NCBI GenBank assembly: GCA_031418395.1
Contig: JANOXL010000242.1
Location: 12-64,011 of the forward strand
Direction of reading: 5' to 3'
Origin: Rhodoferax sp.
Lineage (GTDB): Bacteria > Pseudomonadota > Gammaproteobacteria > Burkholderiales > Burkholderiaceae_C
Length of the DNA: 64,000 nt
Positions 59,101-64,000 of the stretch are shown in pieces. The notes below the pieces were generated by a model. That model ran no database searches. It was not told the origin of the DNA and saw only the letters and a list, made by a program, of their open reading frames with translations. Positions within the stretch are counted from its first letter, which is position 1, and every line of letters begins with the position of its first letter. Both the position numbers and the translations under genes were made by a program.

Positions 59101-60372
59101 TCAAACAGCGCCGACTTTGTGCATGTCGGCAATCTGACCGGCAGAATAGCCCAACTCGGCCAACACGGAATCGGTGTGTTCGCCCAGCAAAGGCGAGGCG
59201 GTTACTTCCGGCTTGGTGTCGGAGAACTTGATCGGGCTGCCCACGGTAAAGTAGCTGCCGCGCACTTTGTGCGGCACTTCGACGATAGAGCCGCTGGCGC
59301 GCAGCGACTTGTCGTGCAGCAGTTCTTTCATCGACAACACCGGAGCGCAAGGAATGTCGAATTTGCGGAAGATGTCGACCGCTTCGAACTTGGTTTTGTC
59401 CGAGATGAATTTTTCGATGGTGGCGAAGATGTCCATGATGTGCGGCTGGCGACCACGCGGCGTGTTGTACGCCGGGTCGTCCTTCCACTCGGGCTTGCCC
59501 AGCGCGTCGCAAATCGGACCCCAGGCGTGGCCCTGGATGGTGAAATAGATGTAGGCGTTGGGGTCGGTCTCCCAGCCCTTGCACTTCAAGATCCAGCCTG
59601 GCTGGCCACCGCCACCGGCGTTGGCACCGCGCGGCACCACACCGTCTTTGAAGGCGTCCATCTCGTGCGGGTACTGGGGATACTCTTCCAGGTAGCCGAT
59701 TTTGTCCAGGCGCAACTGGTCGCGCATCTTCACGCGGCACAAATTCAGCACCGAGTCTTGCATCGACACGGCGACTTTTTGGCCCTTGCCGGTCTTTTGT
59801 TTGCCGATGTAGGCTGTCAGGATGCCGATGGCCAGGTGCATGCCGGTATTGCTGTCGCCCAAAGCGGCGGACGAAATCGTCGGGCCCGAGTTCTCACCTT
59901 TCCAGTAACCGGTGGTGGAGGCTGCGCCGCCTGCGCACTGCGCCACGTTTTCGTAAACCTTCAGGTCTTCGTTGTGGTGGCCGTCGCTGAATCCTTTGAC
60001 CGAGGCCAGGATCATCGCGGGGTTAAGCGACTGGATGTGCTCCCAGGTGAAACCCATGCGGTCAAGTGCGCCGGGGCCGAAGTTCTCGACCATCACGTCG
60101 CACTCCTTGATCAACTTCTCCAGCACAGCCTTGCCTTCTGCTTTTTTGGTGTCGAGCGTCAGCGAACGTTTGTTGCTGTTGAGCATCGTGAAATACAGCG
60201 CATCGGCATCGGGGATGTCACGCAATTGGCTGCGGGTGACGTCGCCGGAGCCAGGGCGCTCGACCTTGATCACGTCGGCGCCGAACCAGGCCAGCATCTG
60301 GGTGCAGGCGGGGCCGGCTTGCACGTGGGTAAAGTCGATGATCTTGATTCCATCAAGGGGTTTGGTTGACAT
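59101..60372 (-). CDS. frc: Formyl-CoA transferase (Frc-type, 423 aa)
   Basis: [67 protein letters not shown] and [22 protein letters not shown] closely track Oxalobacter Frc as I recall it. Confidence 0.9.
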   Translation of the reverse strand: MSTKPLDGIKIIDFTHVQAGPACTQMLAWFGADVIKVERPGSGDVTRSQLRDIPDADALYFTMLNSNKRSLTLDTKKAEGKAVLEKLIKECDVMVENFGPGALDRMGFTWEHIQSLNPAMILASVKGFSDGHHNEDLKVYENVAQCAGGAASTTGYWKGENSGPTISSAALGDSNTGMHLAIGILTAYIGKQKTGKGQKVAVSMQDSVLNLCRVKMRDQLRLDKIGYLEEYPQYPHEMDAFKDGVVPRGANAGGGGQPGWILKCKGWETDPNAYIYFTIQGHAWGPICDALGKPEWKDDPAYNTPRGRQPHIMDIFATIEKFISDKTKFEAVDIFRKFDIPCAPVLSMKELLHDKSLRASGSIVEVPHKVRGSYFTVGSPIKFSDTKPEVTASPLLGEHTDSVLAELGYSAGQIADMHKVGAV

Positions 60373-60458
60373 CTTGTTTTCTCCTTAGGGATGACGCGGG
60401 TTGATCTTTAGAGGGGGTTGATTGCGTTTTGCACTTCACCCCACAGTTTATTTCGAGT

Positions 60459-62192
60459 TTATTTTTTCTTCGCCGCGCTTTGCGGATTCAAGCTCGTGAT
60501 GCGACCGCTTTCAGTGCCTGCGGTCTCGTCAATGATGGCGTTGATGAGGGTCGGCTTGCCCGATGCAACCGCTTCTGACAAGGCTTTCTCCAGCTCGGCA
60601 GGGGTAGTTGCCGCTACACCCACGCCACCAAAGGCCTGCATCATAAGCTCATACCGCGCGTTCTTGACGAACACTGTCGGCGCCACATCGGCGCCACCGC
60701 CCAGGTTCACATCCGTGCCGCGGTAGATGCCATTGTTGTTGAACACAATCACACAAACGGGCAGGTTGTAGCGGCAAATCGTCTCGACCTCCATGCCGCT
60801 GAAACCAAAGGCGCTGTCGCCTTCGATGGCGATGACCGGTTTGCCGGTGACCACGGCAGCCGCCACGGCGAAGCCCATACCGATGCCCATAATGCCCCAG
60901 GTGCCGACATCCAGGCGTTTGCGTGGCTCGTACATATCAACGATGCTGCGGGCGAAGTCCAGCGTGTTGGCGCCTTCGTTGACGACGATCGCGTCAGGCC
61001 GCGCCTTGACAGCGTTGCGAATGACGTTCAGTGCGCTGTGGTAGTTCATCGGCGAGGGGTTCAGCGCCAGGGTCTCGGCCATTTTGGCCAGGTTCTTGAT
61101 GCGCCGCTCGGAGACTGCGCCGGTCCAGTCCGCCGGAGGTTTGGCCCAATTGCTGCCCATGCCCGCCAGCAAGGCGGCGACGCAAGAGCCGATATCACCC
61201 ACCACAGGTGCGGCGATCGGCACATTGCTGTCCATCTCGGTGGGGGAAATATCGATCTGGATGAATTGGCGGCTGGCGGCTTTGTCACCACCCCAGGTTT
61301 TGCCTTTGCCGTGCGAGAGCAGCCAGTTCAGGCGCGCGCCGACCAGCATGACCACGTCGGCCTCGGCCAGTACGTAAGAGCGTGCAGCAGACGCGGATTG
61401 CTCATGGGTGTCGGGCAAGAGGCCTTTGGCCATGGACATCGGCAAATACGGGATGCCGCTTTTCTCGACCAACGCGCGGATGTCGGCGTCGGCCTGGGCG
61501 TAGGCGGCGCCTTTGCCCAGCAGAATCAAGGGGCGCTTGGCGGTCTTGAGCAAATCCAGCGCGCGTTGCACAGCGTCTGGCGCAGGAATTTGGCGCGGCG
61601 CGGCATCGACCACTTTAATCAATGACTTGCGGCCTTCTTCAGCACCCATCACCTGAGAGAACAATTTAGCGGGCAAATCCAGGTACACGCCGCCTGGGCG
61701 ACCCGACAAGGCCGAGCGAATCGCCCGCGCGATACCGACACCGATGTCCTGCGCGTGCAAGACGCGAAACGCGGCTTTGCAATGCGGCCGGGCAATGGCC
61801 AATTGGTCCATTTCTTCGTAGTCACCCTGCTGCAAATCGACGATCTCGCGCTCGCTGGAGCCGCTGATCAAAATCATCGGGAAGCAGTTGGTGGTGGCAT
61901 TGGCCAGCGCGGTCAGCCCGTTCAAAAAACCAGGCGCCGATACGGTGAGGCAAATGCCGGGCTTTTGGGTCAGAAAACCCGCTGCCGCTGCGGCGTTGCC
62001 TGCGTGTTGCTCATGGCGAAACGAGATCACGCGCATGCCCTGGCCCTGCATTTTGCGGGTCAAGTCGGTGATCGGGATGCCCGGCAGACCGTAGACGGTG
62101 TCGATGCCGTTGAGTTTCAGGGCGTCGATCACCAGGTGAAAACCGTCGGTCTGGGGGGCGTTGGAGGTATCTGGGGTGGTGTCAGTGGTCAT
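60459..62192 (-). CDS. oxc: Oxalyl-CoA decarboxylase (ThDP-dependent)
   Basis: [26 protein letters not shown]. ThDP motif [31 protein letters not shown]. Start set at MTTDT (577 aa). Confidence 0.9.
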   Translation of the reverse strand: MTTDTTPDTSNAPQTDGFHLVIDALKLNGIDTVYGLPGIPITDLTRKMQGQGMRVISFRHEQHAGNAAAAAGFLTQKPGICLTVSAPGFLNGLTALANATTNCFPMILISGSSEREIVDLQQGDYEEMDQLAIARPHCKAAFRVLHAQDIGVGIARAIRSALSGRPGGVYLDLPAKLFSQVMGAEEGRKSLIKVVDAAPRQIPAPDAVQRALDLLKTAKRPLILLGKGAAYAQADADIRALVEKSGIPYLPMSMAKGLLPDTHEQSASAARSYVLAEADVVMLVGARLNWLLSHGKGKTWGGDKAASRQFIQIDISPTEMDSNVPIAAPVVGDIGSCVAALLAGMGSNWAKPPADWTGAVSERRIKNLAKMAETLALNPSPMNYHSALNVIRNAVKARPDAIVVNEGANTLDFARSIVDMYEPRKRLDVGTWGIMGIGMGFAVAAAVVTGKPVIAIEGDSAFGFSGMEVETICRYNLPVCVIVFNNNGIYRGTDVNLGGGADVAPTVFVKNARYELMMQAFGGVGVAATTPAELEKALSEAVASGKPTLINAIIDETAGTESGRITSLNPQSAAKKK

Positions 62193-62262
62193 GGTGAATT
62201 TCCGACGCGGCAAGGGACTGCGCACAGTGGCGTTATCATAGGAATCGATTCGGACATCCCCC

Positions 62263-62276
62263 TTGACCCCGGTCAA
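62263..62276. promoter_or_regulatory. FNR/CRP-family-type palindrome TTGAC-CCCG-GTCAA
   Basis: Perfect 5-4-5 palindrome, one base per half-site from the FNR consensus TTGAT-N4-ATCAA. Centred in the divergent oxc/crp-family intergenic region. Confidence 0.5.
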
Positions 62277-62340
62277 TTTTCATTGAATCAAATGCTGAGT
62301 CTTACGCATTAGAAGCTGCTTGTCGCGCTGCAAAGCCCCT

Positions 62341-62949
62341 ATGTCCACCGTTGAATCCCACGCCGAACGCAACGTCATCCGGGTGCAACTCACCCAAAAC
62401 CTGGTATTGAAGGACCTGACCGACGACGAACGCGCGGCGCTGGAGCGCCTGCTTACGGTGGTCGATTGCGGCAAGGGCGACTCGCTCTTGCATCAGGGCG
62501 TGACCGACATGGAGCAGTATTTCGTGCTCGACGGCGTGCTCAAACGGGTCGTTGCCAACCCGCAGGGCAAAGAGATGATTTTGCGTTTTGCCGACGCGCG
62601 CGATATGGAGACGAGTTACGCTGCCTGGCGCCTGGGCACGCCCACGCCGTACAGCATCGTGGCGGTCACCAAAACACGGGTAGCCAAACTACCACTGCCG
62701 CAGTGGGTGGCGTTTATGGAGCAACACCCGTCGATCAAAGCGTCGTTTGAATATGCCGTGATGCGCCTGATGAGCGAGATCATGGCGCACACCATCACGC
62801 TGCATCTCCTGGACGCGTCAGGGCGCGTGAACCGTTTTATGCGCAAACACCCGGAGTTGGCCGAGCGGATTCCCAAAAAAGAGCTGGCAGCTTATTTGAA
62901 TTTGTCGGCTGAAACATTGAGCCGACTCAAGCAGCGCGGGAAGATTTGA
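62341..62949 (+). CDS. Crp/Fnr-family transcriptional regulator
   Basis: cNMP-binding-like beta-roll (LLHQGVTDMEQYFVLDGVLKRVV) and a C-terminal HTH (KKELAAYLNLSAETLSRLKQRG). No N-terminal FNR Cys cluster. Confidence 0.8.
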   Translation: MSTVESHAERNVIRVQLTQNLVLKDLTDDERAALERLLTVVDCGKGDSLLHQGVTDMEQYFVLDGVLKRVVANPQGKEMILRFADARDMETSYAAWRLGTPTPYSIVAVTKTRVAKLPLPQWVAFMEQHPSIKASFEYAVMRLMSEIMAHTITLHLLDASGRVNRFMRKHPELAERIPKKELAAYLNLSAETLSRLKQRGKI

Positions 62950-63024
62950 GGCTCTTACTGAGGCCTCAAATTGCTTGTTTATTTCGAATTTTAGACAATA
63001 AATTGAGTGATTTAATTGCATTAT

Positions 63025-63067
63025 TACTACCAAATAGTATAGCAATAACGCCATTAAATACGAGACT
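63025..63067 (-). repeat. AT-rich GGTCTCGTA-type intergenic repeat, copy G
   Basis: Minus strand reads GAGTCTCGTAtttaatggcgttATTGCTAtactatttgGTAGTA. Lies in the convergent gap between the crp-family gene and tctA. Confidence 0.8.
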
Positions 63068-63232
63068 CAATGGCGAACTGGATTAGATAAAAATAAATTG
63101 AAATCAATATTTCAATTTATGTCCCATCATTTCACCGAGCCACTGCAGTGACTGGCAGCCGTGAGGCGCTGCCGTTGATGCTCACAATCAGCTGCCATCA
63201 AAGGCGACCATCCACCATCGACCACCGCCCCC

Positions 63233-64000
63233 TCAATCCACCGGCTGATCAACATTAATCAGCTTCGGCTTCGCTGGGCGAAGTTTGGCCAGCACCTTGG
63301 AGATCAGCGGCCACACCAACAACAAGATGGCCAGCGAGGAGATGGTGCCCACCAGCGGGTTCGACCACAAAATTGACAACTCACCTTGCGAGACCAACAT
63401 GGCCTGGCGGAACGAGTCCTCTGCTTTGTCGCCCAGCACCAGCGCCAGCACCAGCGGGGCCAAGGGGTAGTCGAGTTTCTTGAACAGGTAACCGATCATG
63501 CCAAACAGCATCATGAACCAGATGTCCAACATGGCGCTGTGTACGGTGTACGCGCCGATGGCGCAGATCACCACAATCACTGGCGCGATGATGGCAAAGG
63601 GGATGCGCAGGATCGACGCGAACAAAGGCACCGTCGTCAAGACCACAATCAAGCCCACCAGGTTGCCCAGGTACATACTCGCGATCAGCCCCCAGACAAA
63701 GTCTTTTTGCTCCACAAACAGGAGCGGGCCGGGCTGCAAACCCCAAATCAACAAACCACCCAGCAGCACCGCTGCGGTGGGGGAGCCGGGGATGCCCAAG
63801 GCCAACATGGGCAACAAGGCAGCGGTGCCCGCGGCGTGTGCGGCCGTCTCGGGAGCGACCACACCTTCCATCTCGCCGTTGCCAAAGTTGGCGCCGTTTT
63901 TCGACATTTTCTTGGCCAGACCGTAACTCATGAACGATGCCGGCGTGGCACCGCCGGGGGTAATGCCCATCCAGATGCCGACCAGCGAGCTCCGCACTGA
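63233..64000 (-). CDS. Tripartite tricarboxylate transporter permease TctA-family protein, C-terminal part (gene continues past window end)
   Basis: Polytopic sequence with APETAAHAAGTAALLPMLALGIPGS, typical of TctA. The ORF is open at the window edge. Confidence 0.8.
   Translation of the reverse strand, partial: SVRSSLVGIWMGITPGGATPASFMSYGLAKKMSKNGANFGNGEMEGVVAPETAAHAAGTAALLPMLALGIPGSPTAAVLLGGLLIWGLQPGPLLFVEQKDFVWGLIASMYLGNLVGLIVVLTTVPLFASILRIPFAIIAPVIVVICAIGAYTVHSAMLDIWFMMLFGMIGYLFKKLDYPLAPLVLALVLGDKAEDSFRQAMLVSQGELSILWSNPLVGTISSLAILLLVWPLISKVLAKLRPAKPKLINVDQPVD

Overview
This is a high-GC, betaproteobacterial-looking chromosomal segment. Gene content resembles Comamonadaceae, but the taxon is an inference and GC was judged by eye. 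I support about 50 protein-coding genes. I found no rRNA, tRNA, CRISPR array, transposase, integrase or phage genes.

Gene content in order:
- A 5'-truncated RND efflux permease and a heptose adenylyltransferase.
- A lower-GC membrane-lipid and glycolipid cluster: PlcP/LpxH-like metallophosphoesterase, PSD-like decarboxylase, long class-III aminotransferase, His-rich membrane protein, GT4 glycosyltransferase, Ugd and a diiron desaturase-like protein.
- purB, yaeQ, and a TerC-family gene behind a yybP-ykoY (Mn) riboswitch.
- A BepA-like M48 protease.
- A type IV pilin locus: sigma-54 promoter, pilA, two PglL/O-antigen-ligase-like genes and a TfpX/TfpZ-like accessory gene.
- A tightly packed six-gene signalling operon: CHASE2 Ser/Thr kinase, PP2C, double-FHA protein, CHASE2 adenylate cyclase, class-II cNMP phosphodiesterase and a GAF-fused GspE/PilB-type ATPase.
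- sucCD, argC, recA-recX, and MarR plus a two-component pair.
- SPOR, birA and a SET-domain protein, divergent from a topoisomerase III that carries a Lys/Ala-rich tail and a SWIB domain.
- An oxalate-to-CO2 module: oxc, frc, PAS, frc, fdsB, fdsA.
- A partial tctA.

Most notable non-genic signal: a family of about 42-bp AT-rich repeats (GGTCTCGTA-N12-15-WWWGCTA, usually followed by a short palindrome) with seven copies. All seven lie 3' of genes and none lies in the 11 divergent promoter regions. One copy is read through as the signal peptide of the M48 protease.

Other signals:
- A 250-bp MITE-like inverted repeat splitting a response-regulator/kinase pair.
- A Z-DNA-prone Pu/Py tract between the SET and topB genes.
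- Pho-box-like motifs in the lipid cluster.
- A long hairpin in front of a PAS gene.
- An FNR-type palindrome in the oxc/crp intergenic region.

All functional calls come from reading motifs in the translated ORFs. No database search was run.
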